The notes beneath the pieces are model-generated. The model had not been told where the DNA came from. It saw only the letters and a program-made list of their open reading frames with translations, and searched no databases. From Calditrichia bacterium (GTDB lineage: Bacteria > Calditrichota > Calditrichia > RBG-13-44-9), in the NCBI GenBank assembly GCA_037381445.1, contig JARRQT010000021.1, forward strand, positions 13,630 through 60,426: a DNA stretch of 46,797 nt, written 5' to 3'. Both the position numbers and the translations under genes were made by a program. Shown one piece after another: positions 37,064 to 46,797 of this stretch. Each line of letters begins with the position of its first letter. Position 1 is the first letter of the stretch.

Positions 37064-38429
37064 ATGTTTTTATTGGCAAGATACATTATTAAGGAACATT
37101 TAGGCCCCTTCTTCTTTTCGCTGGCGGTCATCATGTTCGTTTTTGTCACCAAATTCATTGTCCAGTATATAGGAAAGATATTCGGGAAAGGTCTGTCGCT
37201 CGGCACCATCCTGGAGTTCATTTATCTGAATCTGGCCTGGATGCTGGCCCTGGCGGTGCCGATGGCGGTATTGGTGGCCGCATTGATGGCCTTCGGACGT
37301 TTGTCCGCCGACAATGAAATCACTATCCTGAAGACTTCCGGCATCAGCCTCTATAAAATAATCCGGCCAGTCCTGGTTTCCTCAATCATTCTCACGCTGG
37401 TCATGTTCTGGTTCAATGACCGGGTTCTGCCGGAGTATAATCATCGCGCCCGCATGCTGTTTTCCAGCATATCCCGGAAGAAACCCACCCTGCAGCTGGA
37501 AGCGGGGATTTACGTAACAGTGGGCAAATTCAGCATTCTGGTTCAGGACATCGACCGCTCCCTTGGCCAGCAGGTCATTGACAAATCAGATAACATGGGG
37601 CCCAGTTATGCGGAAGATAATTCCGATCGGTTAAAGGATATCACCATTTTTGACCGCAGCAACTCCGATATTCAGCGGACAATTATCGCCAAACGGGGCA
37701 CCCTCATTTTCGACAAGGAAAAGGAAAAGCTCGTTTTTACCCTGTTCGACGGCGAAATCCATGAAATCAATACCAAAGATTATTCGGAATACCGGAGGCT
37801 GCAATTCTCCCGCAACGTTTTCTACATACAAGTTCAGGGAATCCGTTCAGGGTGAAAAAGAGAAGATGAGAAAGGCGCTGCAGGGATTTTATCCCAATCC
37901 TGATTCCCTGCAGGCGGCCATGGCAAGCGTTCTGCCGCTGGTCAATTCGGATAACGGAAACCCGAGTTTCAGCCAGGAACAGGTGGTCCGTTCCCGCGCC
38001 ATGCGCAAGACCCAATCGGTGATCCAGCAGCTGAAGGGCTATGAAAAGAATATTCAGTACTATGAAAAACAGATCTACAAATTCGAGGTGGAAATACAGA
38101 AAAAATTTTCCATACCTTTCGCCAGCATCGTCTTTATTTTGATCGGGGCGCCGCTGGGGATCAAAGCAAGAAAAGGGAGTCTGGGAGTAGGCATCACCTT
38201 CAGCATCGGATTTTTTCTGCTCTACTGGGTATTTCTCATCGGCGGTGAAGAACTCGCTGACCGGCAGCTGCTCTCGCCGTTCCTGGCAATGTGGCTGGCA
38301 AACATCATTGTAGGGGCCTTCGGGATTTACCTGACTTATCGCACGGTGAAGGAAACCACCTTCATCCACTGGGAAAAATTGCCCAAATTTTTGCAGTTCT
38401 TTTTTAAAGGAGACGAAAACGCACAGTGA
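37064..38429 (+). pseudogene. lptF: LPS export permease LptF, split by a frame break near 37830 (real lesion or assembly error)
   Basis: The N-half 37064-37855 (LAVPMAVL, GRLSADNEI) and C-half (KKFSIPFA, GAPLG, GEELADR) lie in different frames. Directly upstream of lptG. Confidence 0.8.
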
Positions 38430-39511
38430 TAAAATTACTTGACATATATATAACAAAGAAATTCTTTTCAATCCTGTTTTTTACAGTTTTGTCATTTATC
38501 ATCATTTTCGTCATTATCGATCTGATAGAAAATCTGGATAAATTTCTTTCCTACGATGCCAGCTTCGGGCAGGTGGCATTATACTACATCTGCTACATAC
38601 CGTACATTATCATCCTGACCCTGCCGGTGTCAATGCTGCTGGGGAGTCTATTTTCCCTGGGCTCCATGGCGCAGTACAATGAGCTTATTGCCATTCAGAC
38701 TTCCGGAGCCAGCTTATACCGCATCCTGGCGCCGGTGCTGACGCTGGCATTCCTGATCAGCATCATTTCCGGCCTGGCGGGAGAGACATTTGTCCCCAAG
38801 ACAAACAAGGCCCGGCTGGACATCTACCGCTACCAGATCAAAAAGGAATCGAGGGAGATCAAAACTGCACGCAATCAGATTGCCATTCAGGACGGCAAAA
38901 GCCGGCAGATTTATATTCAATTTTATGAAACGGCAAAAAAACGGGCGCATAAAGTCAATATTATAAAGGTACAGGATAACAAAATTGTGAAGCGCATGGA
39001 TGCCCGCTATATGCAGTGGAACAGCAAAAAAAGCGAGTGGCTCCTGCTGGATGTTACGGAACGCCTTTTTACGGACAGTTCGGAGAAGTTCTCCCAATAT
39101 GATTCACTGACCTACGCCAAAAGTTCGATCACGCCGGAAGACCTGGTGGATTTGGAAGTGCAGCCGGAAGAGATGAATTACGTCCAGCTTAACCACTTTG
39201 TGGATAAAATGCTGAACCTGGGAGCGGACGCCCGCCGCTGGCTGGTGGACCTCTACATGAAAATATCCTATCCGTTCGCCAATTTTATCATCGTGCTGTT
39301 TGGTGCGCCGCTGGCCGCCCGGAAGAGACGCAGCGGTCCGGCGCTGGGCTTCGCGCTGGCCCTGCTGATCAGCTTCGTCTATTTCCTGTTTATCCGGACG
39401 GGCCAGGTCCTTGGCCATAAGGGCGATTTGACTCCCTGGGTGGCGGCCTGGATCGGAAATATCGTCTTCGGGGTGGGCGCCATATTTATGATGATCCGGG
39501 TGAAAAAATAA
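38426..39511 (+). CDS. lptG: LPS export permease LptG
   Basis: LptF/G family motifs (NELIAIQTSGASLYRI, PEEMNY, KISYPFAN, AAWIGN). GTGA overlap with lptF. Confidence 0.88.
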   Translation: MIKLLDIYITKKFFSILFFTVLSFIIIFVIIDLIENLDKFLSYDASFGQVALYYICYIPYIIILTLPVSMLLGSLFSLGSMAQYNELIAIQTSGASLYRILAPVLTLAFLISIISGLAGETFVPKTNKARLDIYRYQIKKESREIKTARNQIAIQDGKSRQIYIQFYETAKKRAHKVNIIKVQDNKIVKRMDARYMQWNSKKSEWLLLDVTERLFTDSSEKFSQYDSLTYAKSSITPEDLVDLEVQPEEMNYVQLNHFVDKMLNLGADARRWLVDLYMKISYPFANFIIVLFGAPLAARKRRSGPALGFALALLISFVYFLFIRTGQVLGHKGDLTPWVAAWIGNIVFGVGAIFMMIRVKK

Positions 39512-39568
39512 AAGATGATTTGCAGTGCAGGAAGGCGGGAGAGTCCGGCGGTGCGGAAAGAAAGTCCG

Positions 39569-40468
39569 TCAGCGGATGACCGCCAGTTTGCCGGATTTGA
39601 TTTTTTTGTTCCCCTCCCCTTTTATCACATAAATATATAATCCGCTGGCAAGTTTCTGGTTGCGGTCATTGACCACCGGCCATTCCCAGCGGTGCGTCTG
39701 GCTGCCGTTTACCGGCTTGTCGTAAAGCAGTTCGCCGGAAACGCTGTAAATCTGGATTTCCGAGGCGGCGGCAGGAAGGTTCTCAAAATAGACCATTTCG
39801 TGTCCCCGCGAAGGCCGGAAAGGATTGGGAGCAACGATCAATTCCTGTGCGCTTTCTTCTGGGACGATCTCCGTATCAGTAAAGATAAAATTAATGTATT
39901 GCCGGTCCCAGAAGCTGTCCGGGTCGGTGACCGTTAGTTCAAAACCCGCCGCGCCGGTATAATCGATCGGAACCGGCGTGATCTCCAGATAATCTCCCAT
40001 CCACCTGACCGTACATGCTTTTTCCTCACCGGGCAGAACAAACAGGGAATCGAGAGGATCGTCCGGATCATACACATAGCCCGTCATATTGACCCTCGAG
40101 GTGACGCCAGTGGGAAGGCTGTCAATTCCCAGGTCCACCCCCGGCGCGATTGCCGGCAGTCCCTGAGAAGCAATTGCCGAATTCGGGGAAACATTATTGT
40201 CAAGATCCCTAGCCACCAGGTAATAAAAATATTCATTCCCTGGAGTAATATCCACCATATCCACATAATGGGTATTTGGATGGGGAATTATACTCCATTC
40301 TTCAAAATTCGACAGCTCGCCACTATTTACGGAACGGTATAGGATATAATCCTTCATATCCGGTTCCGTATTGGCATTCCAGGAAATATTCAGAGAGTCC
40401 GTCTGGCCGAAGGCGGCTAATTGAAGCATGAATATGAACAGAAAGCAGACCGGGATAATTATTTTCAA
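39569..40468 (-). CDS. Secreted FN3/Ig-like protein with T9SS-like C-terminal sorting domain
   Basis: Signal peptide, FN3-like SWNANTEPD..YILYRS..YYLVARD, C-terminus APNPF..IYSVSGEL..LASGLYIY..GKLAVIR. Confidence 0.78.
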   Translation of the reverse strand: MKIIIPVCFLFIFMLQLAAFGQTDSLNISWNANTEPDMKDYILYRSVNSGELSNFEEWSIIPHPNTHYVDMVDITPGNEYFYYLVARDLDNNVSPNSAIASQGLPAIAPGVDLGIDSLPTGVTSRVNMTGYVYDPDDPLDSLFVLPGEEKACTVRWMGDYLEITPVPIDYTGAAGFELTVTDPDSFWDRQYINFIFTDTEIVPEESAQELIVAPNPFRPSRGHEMVYFENLPAAASEIQIYSVSGELLYDKPVNGSQTHRWEWPVVNDRNQKLASGLYIYVIKGEGNKKIKSGKLAVIR

Positions 40469-40683
40469 GTCAGGCTCCGGAAATATTGGCGGAAAATGAA
40501 ATACCGTCAGATTTGGTGATGCCGAATTTATCTAAAAATTCAATCTTATTTTCCATCGAAATTATGACTGCAAATTGAAGCAGCCTTGGGAATTTATCAT
40601 AACCAGCTAAAATCTCTTTAGTTGTTATTATACAAAAATTAAAAATAAAAATCTAATGGTTTTCGGAAGATTTCAGGAAAGAG

Positions 40684-40719
40684 AAAAAAGAGGAGCACAT
40701 CCCCGGACATGCTCCTCTT
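40684..40719 (-). terminator. Intrinsic terminator
   Basis: aagaggagca ... tgctcctctt stem with a U-tract on the minus strand. Confidence 0.75.
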
Positions 40720-40762
40720 ACAAATTCATTGAAAATTAGCTGCTTACGGCTGCAGCGCAGTG

Positions 40763-41650
40763 CTACTTGAGCAGAACCATCTTCTTCCGGTCCAGGTAAT
40801 TGCCCGATTTCACAATATAAATATAGGTACCGCTGGAAACCTTCTGGCCGAAATTATTGGTGCCGTCCCACGTGACATTGTGCTGCCCGGCACTCTGATA
40901 CTGTGAAACCAGGGTTTTCACTTGCTGACCCAGGGAGTTATAAATCCGCACTTCAACCACATTGTCTTTGGGAATGGAATAGCGGATTTCGGTGGTGGGA
41001 TTGAATGGATTCGGGAAGTTCTGGTCCACTTCAAAAGTGACGGGCTGCTGGGAACCGGGTCCCATATCCGTAACATTGCTGATATTGACCTGAATCAATT
41101 TCTCATCCCAGAATCCTGTGGGATCCTCCACCCGCATCCGGAAAGAAGCCGGCCCGGAATAGTCCGCCGGGATGGGGGTAATTTTCATGACATCGCCGGA
41201 CGCCACAATCTGAATATGAGATTCGCTGTTGAACGTCACGGTGAGATCGGCAACGTCGTTATCGGGGTCCGTGACCGTCTCGGCAGTCTGCAGGGTGGTG
41301 GTCACACCCGGGGGAATCACAGTCTGCGGCCACTGCACTGCGGGAATACCCACCTTTACCACATCGGAAAAAGGCGAGGTGTTGCCGGCAGAATCAACGG
41401 CCACCAGCGCGTAGGACAGCAGGGCGCCGGGAACAACATTGTCTTTATCAACGGCATGGATTTGGGGGTAGCGAATGGTCTGGATCAACTGCAGATTATT
41501 GGAATTATCCTCGGCACGGTAAAGGCGATAGGAATACATATCCGATTCAGGATTTTGGTCCCAGTAAATATTTAAGGAATCGGTTTGCGCGAAACCTAAA
41601 ACAACTGCAGAGAGCGTTATTAGCATGATGAGTGGCAAATATCTTTTCAA
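40763..41650 (-). CDS. Secreted FN3/Ig-like protein with FlgD-Ig/T9SS type A-like C-terminal domain
   Basis: TTG start at 41650 after GGAGG gives the signal peptide MKRYLPLIMLITLSAVVLGFA. C-terminus QNFPNPFNPTTEIRY..WDGTN..VSSGTYIY..KKMVLLK. Confidence 0.82.
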   Translation of the reverse strand: MKRYLPLIMLITLSAVVLGFAQTDSLNIYWDQNPESDMYSYRLYRAEDNSNNLQLIQTIRYPQIHAVDKDNVVPGALLSYALVAVDSAGNTSPFSDVVKVGIPAVQWPQTVIPPGVTTTLQTAETVTDPDNDVADLTVTFNSESHIQIVASGDVMKITPIPADYSGPASFRMRVEDPTGFWDEKLIQVNISNVTDMGPGSQQPVTFEVDQNFPNPFNPTTEIRYSIPKDNVVEVRIYNSLGQQVKTLVSQYQSAGQHNVTWDGTNNFGQKVSSGTYIYIVKSGNYLDRKKMVLLK

Positions 41651-41686
41651 AATCTCCTCCAAATTTTTCAATTCACATGGCTCTTT

Positions 41687-41702
41687 TGCAACGGGTATGC
41701 CA
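41687..41702 (-). promoter_or_regulatory. Sigma54 (-24/-12) promoter
   Basis: TGGCATACCCGTTGCA, exact GG-N10-GC spacing, about 37 nt before the TTG start. Confidence 0.75.
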
Positions 41703-41754
41703 ATACCTAAATGACGCCTGTACATGCATATCAGCGCAGGCGGCCGCGAAAATT

Positions 41755-41771
41755 TGTAAAAGATATTTACA
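41755..41771. promoter_or_regulatory. Palindromic candidate activator site
   Basis: TGTAAA-agata-TTTACA about 55-70 bp upstream of the sigma54 -24 element. Confidence 0.45.
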
Positions 41772-41976
41772 CTCACGCACGGCAGGGAGAAGGGAGCTGC
41801 GTGCCTGAAACCGGGAGGGTCGATCTTGAAAAAAAGGGGGCAAAAGAAGAAGCGGTGAATTTTAATAAATTATTCCTAAAGAAGAGGCCGGCAGGGGCGA
41901 AAATATATTCCAAAAATAATTTGATATGTCATTTAAATTTTTCTATTTTCATTACACTAAAGTATAAAAATTATAT

Positions 41977-43824
41977 ATGAATAAAGATATAAAGAGAATA
42001 GATCAAAAACCTGAAATTGCTGTCAAAGGAATACCCGCGTCTCCGGGTATTGCAATCGGCCCGGTTTTTATCTATTCCGATCCCGCGCTCGCCCCGGAGC
42101 TGCGGACCATTCCCCGGGACAAAGTCAGCGAAGAGGTCAGGCGTTTCAGGAAGGCCATCGGGGCCAGCCGGGACTATCTGGCTAAAATCCACGACGAAAC
42201 GCTTCGCAATTACGGAAAAGATTTTGCCGAGATCATCGAGACTCAGATTTCCATCCTGGACGACAAGATTTTTCTGAAGGAAGTGGAAGAGCTGATCCAG
42301 GACAAGAAACTGGATGCCGCCTATGCCACCTACCGGATATTCCAGAACAAAAAGGAGCATTTCCTCAACCTTTCCGATGAATACTTCCGCGACCGGGCGT
42401 TTGACGTGCAGAATCTGAAACGCCTCATCCTAAAGCATATGCTCGGCAAAAAGCAGGATGTAAAACTGCAGCAAAGGTCTATAGTGGTGGCGGACAACCT
42501 GAGCCCGGCGGACACCATCCGGCTGCATCACAAGCACATCCTGGGTTTCTGCACCAATGTGGGCGGGAAAAATTCACACACCGCCATCGTGGCCCGCTCC
42601 CTGGGAGTGCCGGCCATTGTGGGGACGGAATTTATCACCAATATCGCCAAAAAAGATGACCAGATGCTGCTGGACGGAAATGACGGCATCATAATCCTCA
42701 ATCCCGGCCCGGAAACCATCCGGGAGTACGAAAAAAAGCGCAAGGATTTTATCGTGCTGGGGAAGGATTTCCTCAAAAAGGCGGATAAACCCGCCGTTAC
42801 CAGCGACGGCCACCAGATAGAAGTGTTCGCCAATATTGAATTTGTGGAGGAGTTGGGCCAGATTGCCAAATCCGGGGCGGAAGGCATCGGGCTCTACCGC
42901 ACCGAGGGACTTTTCCTGAGCGGGAACGGACTTCCCACCGAGGAAGAGCAGACCGCGAATTATCTGAAAATTGCGGAAAGCATGGCCCCCAAATCCGTCA
43001 TCATACGGACCCTGGATGTGGGCGGCGACAAACTGCTGCCCGAGTTCGTCACCCTGCCGGAGCGGAACCCGTTTCTGGGCTGGCGCGCCATCCGGTTCTG
43101 CCTGGACCATGAAGAGATTTTCATCACCCAGCTACAGGCCGTCCTGCGGGCCAATATTCACGGCAATATCCAGATTCTGCTGCCCATGGTCAGCTCCCTC
43201 AACGAAATCCGGCAGTTCAAGAAAGTTCTCGGGAAGACGGAAGATATCCTCTCCTCCGAGAAAACAGAATTCAACCCGGATGTTAAAATCGGCATGATGG
43301 TGGAAATCCCCTCCGCCGCGATCCTGGCCGAGCATTTTGCCGGCGAGGTGGATTTTTTCAGCATCGGCACCAACGATTTGATCCAATATACACTGGCGGT
43401 GGACCGCGCCAACGAAAAAATCGCCCATCTCTATAACCATTTTCATCCTGCGGTGCTGCAGCTCATCAAGAAGGTGATCGATGTGGGCAGGGCCTCGCGG
43501 ATCCCGGTGAGCATGTGCGGCGAGATGGCCGGTACCCCTGTGGCGGTGCCCCTGCTGCTGGGCATGGGACTGGAGCATTTCAGCGCCGCACATCTGAGGA
43601 TCCCGGAAATCAAGGATGTGATACGAAATCTTTCCATCTCCCAGTGCCGGCAGCTCTACCAGGACGTGCAGACCCTTGACACCGCCCGCGAAATTCAAAA
43701 GCTCTGCGAAGATTTTTACAGCGAAATTTTCACTGAACCCCTTGAATCTCAACTTCTTTTTTGTCAACCCCCGCAATTAAAATTCAGTACCATTTTTACA
43801 TATTTAACCTTCAAACCCCAATAA
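41977..43824 (+). CDS. ptsI: PEP-protein phosphotransferase (PTS enzyme I)
   Basis: SHTAIVARSLG (phospho-His), GIGLYRTE, RTLDVGGDK, SIGTNDLIQY, CGEMAG. C-terminal tail possibly extended. Confidence 0.95.
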   Translation: MNKDIKRIDQKPEIAVKGIPASPGIAIGPVFIYSDPALAPELRTIPRDKVSEEVRRFRKAIGASRDYLAKIHDETLRNYGKDFAEIIETQISILDDKIFLKEVEELIQDKKLDAAYATYRIFQNKKEHFLNLSDEYFRDRAFDVQNLKRLILKHMLGKKQDVKLQQRSIVVADNLSPADTIRLHHKHILGFCTNVGGKNSHTAIVARSLGVPAIVGTEFITNIAKKDDQMLLDGNDGIIILNPGPETIREYEKKRKDFIVLGKDFLKKADKPAVTSDGHQIEVFANIEFVEELGQIAKSGAEGIGLYRTEGLFLSGNGLPTEEEQTANYLKIAESMAPKSVIIRTLDVGGDKLLPEFVTLPERNPFLGWRAIRFCLDHEEIFITQLQAVLRANIHGNIQILLPMVSSLNEIRQFKKVLGKTEDILSSEKTEFNPDVKIGMMVEIPSAAILAEHFAGEVDFFSIGTNDLIQYTLAVDRANEKIAHLYNHFHPAVLQLIKKVIDVGRASRIPVSMCGEMAGTPVAVPLLLGMGLEHFSAAHLRIPEIKDVIRNLSISQCRQLYQDVQTLDTAREIQKLCEDFYSEIFTEPLESQLLFCQPPQLKFSTIFTYLTFKPQ

Positions 43825-43840
43825 CCGGATAGGAGATACT

Positions 43841-44881
43841 ATGCAGAATACCGAGTTTGCCCAGTTCGTTGAATTCCTTCGTTCTTTGCCGAAACAAATT
43901 ACTGAATCACCTTCTTTCCTGCAGAACACTTCGCTGACGGGACTGCCATCTTCCTTCGATAACATTATTTTGACCGGAATGGGCGGGTCTGCAATTGCCG
44001 GAGATCTGATGACCGCATATCTCCGGGACAAGATCGCAACACCTTTCGCGGTAAACCGCAATTACAGTCTTCCCCATTTCGTCAACGAACGCTCCCTGGT
44101 GCTGGCCTGCAGCTATTCGGGCGACACCGAAGAGACGCTGGCCGCCGCCCGCATGGCATTCGACAGAAATGCAGCCGTCATCGCTTTGACCAGCGGCGGG
44201 CAACTGGCAGAACTGGCCCGGGAAAAAGGCGCTCCGGTCATCCGGATACCAGCCGGTTTTCCGCCCCGCCAAGCCCTGGGTTTTATGTTTTTCCCGCTGC
44301 TCCACCTGCTGGAAACACTGGGAATCATTAAATCCGAGCAGCCGGACATCGACGAAACCGTGCATATCCTGCACGATATCAGCCATCACAACGATCCCAA
44401 AAAGACGCACGGCCACAACCTGTGTAATCATATTGCACAAAAATTATACAAGAAGATTCCCATCATGTACACCGCTTCCGAAATCCTCTACCCGGTAGTG
44501 GTACGCTGGAGAAACCAGTTCAACGAAAACTCCAAAACCCTGGCGTTCAGCAATGTCTTCCCGGAACTGAATCATAACGAGATCATGGGCTGCGAGACAC
44601 CCAAAGAACTCCTGGCCCAGTTCAATGTTGTACTGCTGAGGGATTCGGTGGAATCGTCCCGCAACAAAGCCCGGCTGGAAATCACCCGTGAGCTGCTGCG
44701 CAAATGCGGCGTGCCCATTTTCGAGGTTTTCGGGGAAGGCAAAAGCTCCCTGGCGCGGATGTTCTCCCACATCTACATCGGGGACTGGGTAAGCTATTAC
44801 CTGGCGGTTCTCTACGGCAAGGATCCCATGGCGATTGAAAGCATTCATAAGCTGAAAAACGCATTGCTTCAAATACAATAA
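43841..44881 (+). CDS. Bifunctional phosphoglucose/phosphomannose isomerase (SIS family)
   Basis: GMGGSAIAG, SYSGDTEET, PPRQA, QFNENSK, PELNHNE. Confidence 0.92.
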   Translation: MQNTEFAQFVEFLRSLPKQITESPSFLQNTSLTGLPSSFDNIILTGMGGSAIAGDLMTAYLRDKIATPFAVNRNYSLPHFVNERSLVLACSYSGDTEETLAAARMAFDRNAAVIALTSGGQLAELAREKGAPVIRIPAGFPPRQALGFMFFPLLHLLETLGIIKSEQPDIDETVHILHDISHHNDPKKTHGHNLCNHIAQKLYKKIPIMYTASEILYPVVVRWRNQFNENSKTLAFSNVFPELNHNEIMGCETPKELLAQFNVVLLRDSVESSRNKARLEITRELLRKCGVPIFEVFGEGKSSLARMFSHIYIGDWVSYYLAVLYGKDPMAIESIHKLKNALLQIQ

Positions 44882-44899
44882 AATAGGGAGGTAAAGTTC

Positions 44900-45883
44900 A
44901 TGAAAGCGATTATTCCGGTTGCCGGATTCGGAACCCGTATGCGACCCCATACCCTCACCCATCCCAAGGTGCTGCTGCCCGTGGCTGACAAACCCATGAT
45001 CGGGCACATTGTGGAAAAGCTGATTGAAGACGGCGTCTCGGAACTGGTCTTCGTGGTGGGCCATCTGGGAGATGCGGTTGAAAAATACATCCGCGAAACC
45101 TTCCAGGTGGAATCCCATTTCCTGGAACAGACCGCGTTCCTGGGGCTGGGACATGCCATCTATACCGCCAAAGATTTTCTGGATGACGATCCCATGATTA
45201 TCGTGCTGGGCGACACCATTTATGACGTTCAACTGAAACCGGTGCTGAAGGGCAACCAGAGTTCCCTGGGTGTGAAAAAGGTGAGCGATCCCCGCCGCTT
45301 CGGAGTGGCGGTGACCGACAAGCAAGGCAGCATTACCCGCCTGGTGGAGAAGCCCAAAGAGTTCGTGTCCGATCTGGCGCTGGTGGGCCTCTATTATTTC
45401 CGGAAAGGAAGCAGTCTGCGGGATGCGCTGGGCGAAATGATCGACAGGAACATCCGCACCCGGGATGAATTTCAGTTGACCGATGCCCTTCAGATCATGC
45501 TGGATAACGGCGAAAAAATCGGTTATTTCAATGTGGAGGGCTGGTACGACTGCGGCAAACCGGAGACCCTGCTGGAAACCAATGCCATCATCCTCAAGCG
45601 CGACTTTTCCAAAAAGCGCTACGAATACGAAAACACTGTCATCATTCCGCCGGTCTATATTCACCCCGAAGCGGAAATCTACAACTCGGTGATCGGGCCG
45701 AACGTAACGGTGGGCAAAGAGGCGCGCATCGAGGACACCATCATCCGGGACTCCATCGTGGGGCCCGGCTCCCGCATCGAACGGCTGAACCTGAGCCATT
45801 CCATCATCGGGGACAACGCTTCGGTCCGGGGCAAGGCCCGCAACCTGAATATCGGGGATTATTCCAAATTTAATTATGAATAA
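44900..45883 (+). CDS. Sugar-phosphate nucleotidyltransferase (long-form glucose-1-phosphate thymidylyltransferase-like)
   Basis: AGFGTRMRPHT..PK, LVEKP, EFQLTDAL, WYDCG, C-terminal hexapeptide repeats. Confidence 0.9.
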   Translation: MKAIIPVAGFGTRMRPHTLTHPKVLLPVADKPMIGHIVEKLIEDGVSELVFVVGHLGDAVEKYIRETFQVESHFLEQTAFLGLGHAIYTAKDFLDDDPMIIVLGDTIYDVQLKPVLKGNQSSLGVKKVSDPRRFGVAVTDKQGSITRLVEKPKEFVSDLALVGLYYFRKGSSLRDALGEMIDRNIRTRDEFQLTDALQIMLDNGEKIGYFNVEGWYDCGKPETLLETNAIILKRDFSKKRYEYENTVIIPPVYIHPEAEIYNSVIGPNVTVGKEARIEDTIIRDSIVGPGSRIERLNLSHSIIGDNASVRGKARNLNIGDYSKFNYE

Positions 45884-45910
45884 CAGCCTTAATCAGCAAG
45901 GAGAATTTTT

Positions 45911-46797
45911 ATGAGCACATTTTCGTTTTCATCCGAATCGGTTACGGAAGGCCATCCTGACAAGATTGCCGATCAGATTTCCGATGCCATTCTGGATTCC
46001 ATTCTGGAAAAGGATTCTTTCGGCCGCGTGGCCTGCGAGACATTCGTCAGCAACGGCCTGGTGTTTGTGGGAGGCGAGATCTCCTGCGAATGCTATGTGG
46101 ACATTCCCAATATCGTGCGCCAGACGGTGCGGGAAATCGGCTATACCGATCCCCGCTACGGTTTTGAGGCGGAAAGCTGCGCGGTGCTGACCAACATCAA
46201 CCAGCAGTCGCCCGACATCGCCATCGGGGTGGACCGCGCCGGCGCCGGCGACCAGGGCATGATGTTCGGTTACGCCTCCAACGAAACCGAGGAACTGATG
46301 CCCATGCCCATCATGCTGGCCCACAAGCTGGCCATGCGGCTCAGCGAGGCGCGCCGGAAGGAGATCCTGCCCTACCTGCGCCCGGACGGCAAATCACAGG
46401 TGACGGTGCGCTACCAGGACAACAAGCCGGTGGCGGTGGAGAAGGTGGTCGTCGCCGCCAATCACGATCCCGATGTGAATATGGAGACCCTGAAGCATGA
46501 CATCATCGAGCAGGTGATCAAAGAGGTGATTCCCGCCGAAATGCTCAATTCCCATATTCAGTTTTACATTAATCCCACCGGCCGCTTCGTGACCGGCGGA
46601 CCCAAGGGCGATACCGGTCTGACCGGGCGCAAGATTGTAGTGGACGCCTACGGCGGCGCCTATTATGTGGGCGGCGGCTGCTTCAGCGGGAAAGACCCCA
46701 CCAAGGTGGACCGCTCGGCTTCCTATTATGCCCGCTATGCGGCAAAGAACATCGTGAAGGCGGGACTGGCGGAGCGCTGCGGCATCCAGGTGGCCTA
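45911..46797 (+). CDS. metK: S-adenosylmethionine synthetase (3'-truncated by the window edge)
   Basis: Translated by hand: [64 protein letters not shown]. Absent from the ORF track because no stop falls in the window. Confidence 0.96.
   Translation, partial: MSTFSFSSESVTEGHPDKIADQISDAILDSILEKDSFGRVACETFVSNGLVFVGGEISCECYVDIPNIVRQTVREIGYTDPRYGFEAESCAVLTNINQQSPDIAIGVDRAGAGDQGMMFGYASNETEELMPMPIMLAHKLAMRLSEARRKEILPYLRPDGKSQVTVRYQDNKPVAVEKVVVAANHDPDVNMETLKHDIIEQVIKEVIPAEMLNSHIQFYINPTGRFVTGGPKGDTGLTGRKIVVDAYGGAYYVGGGCFSGKDPTKVDRSASYYARYAAKNIVKAGLAERCGIQVA

Noticed and set aside
42000..46797. Higher GC in ptsI-metK as a sign of horizontal transfer
   Set aside because: These are core housekeeping genes with no mobility genes or boundary repeats. 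Codon bias is a simpler explanation.
1..46797. CRISPR arrays, tRNA/rRNA, IS elements, integrases, prophage or defence genes
   Set aside because: No regularly spaced repeats, RNA-gene signatures or transposase/integrase/phage motifs seen by eye. A covariance-model scan was not possible.

Overview
Bacterial chromosomal window with about 35 CDS and no rRNA, tRNA, CRISPR array or mobile element that I can support. FlgD/T9SS-like C-terminal sorting domains, YpdA, LptF/G and the ptsI-pgi/pmi-nucleotidyltransferase-metK block suggest an FCB-group diderm, probably Calditrichota/KSB1-like (inference). Contents in order: an SPW-repeat membrane protein; a 925-aa protein with 19 CxxCH heme-c motifs fused to an FdnI/HydC-type cytochrome b domain (a roughly doubled CbcL-like architecture); a membrane HAMP-PP2C phosphatase with mntP; msrC; acs; an AHL-lactonase-family hydrolase; an Fe/Mn SOD; a same-strand run of hypothetical-fahA-ypdA-mutY, where MutY keeps an intact Nudix box; peptidases; rpiA; FNR; DinB; an ECF sigma/anti-sigma module; a hybrid kinase, REC-PP2C and sensor-less sigma54 activator cluster; a frameshifted lptF with lptG; two paralogous secreted proteins; and housekeeping genes ending in a truncated metK. 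Best leads: (1) the 19-heme c/b cytochrome; (2) the kinase/PP2C/headless-activator module, together with two sigma54 promoters that have upstream palindromes and drive orphan or secreted genes; (3) a candidate glutathione-independent maleylacetoacetate isomerase beside fahA and ypdA; (4) a shared TGAGA-N5-TCTCA Fur/PerR-like operator upstream of sod and FNR.
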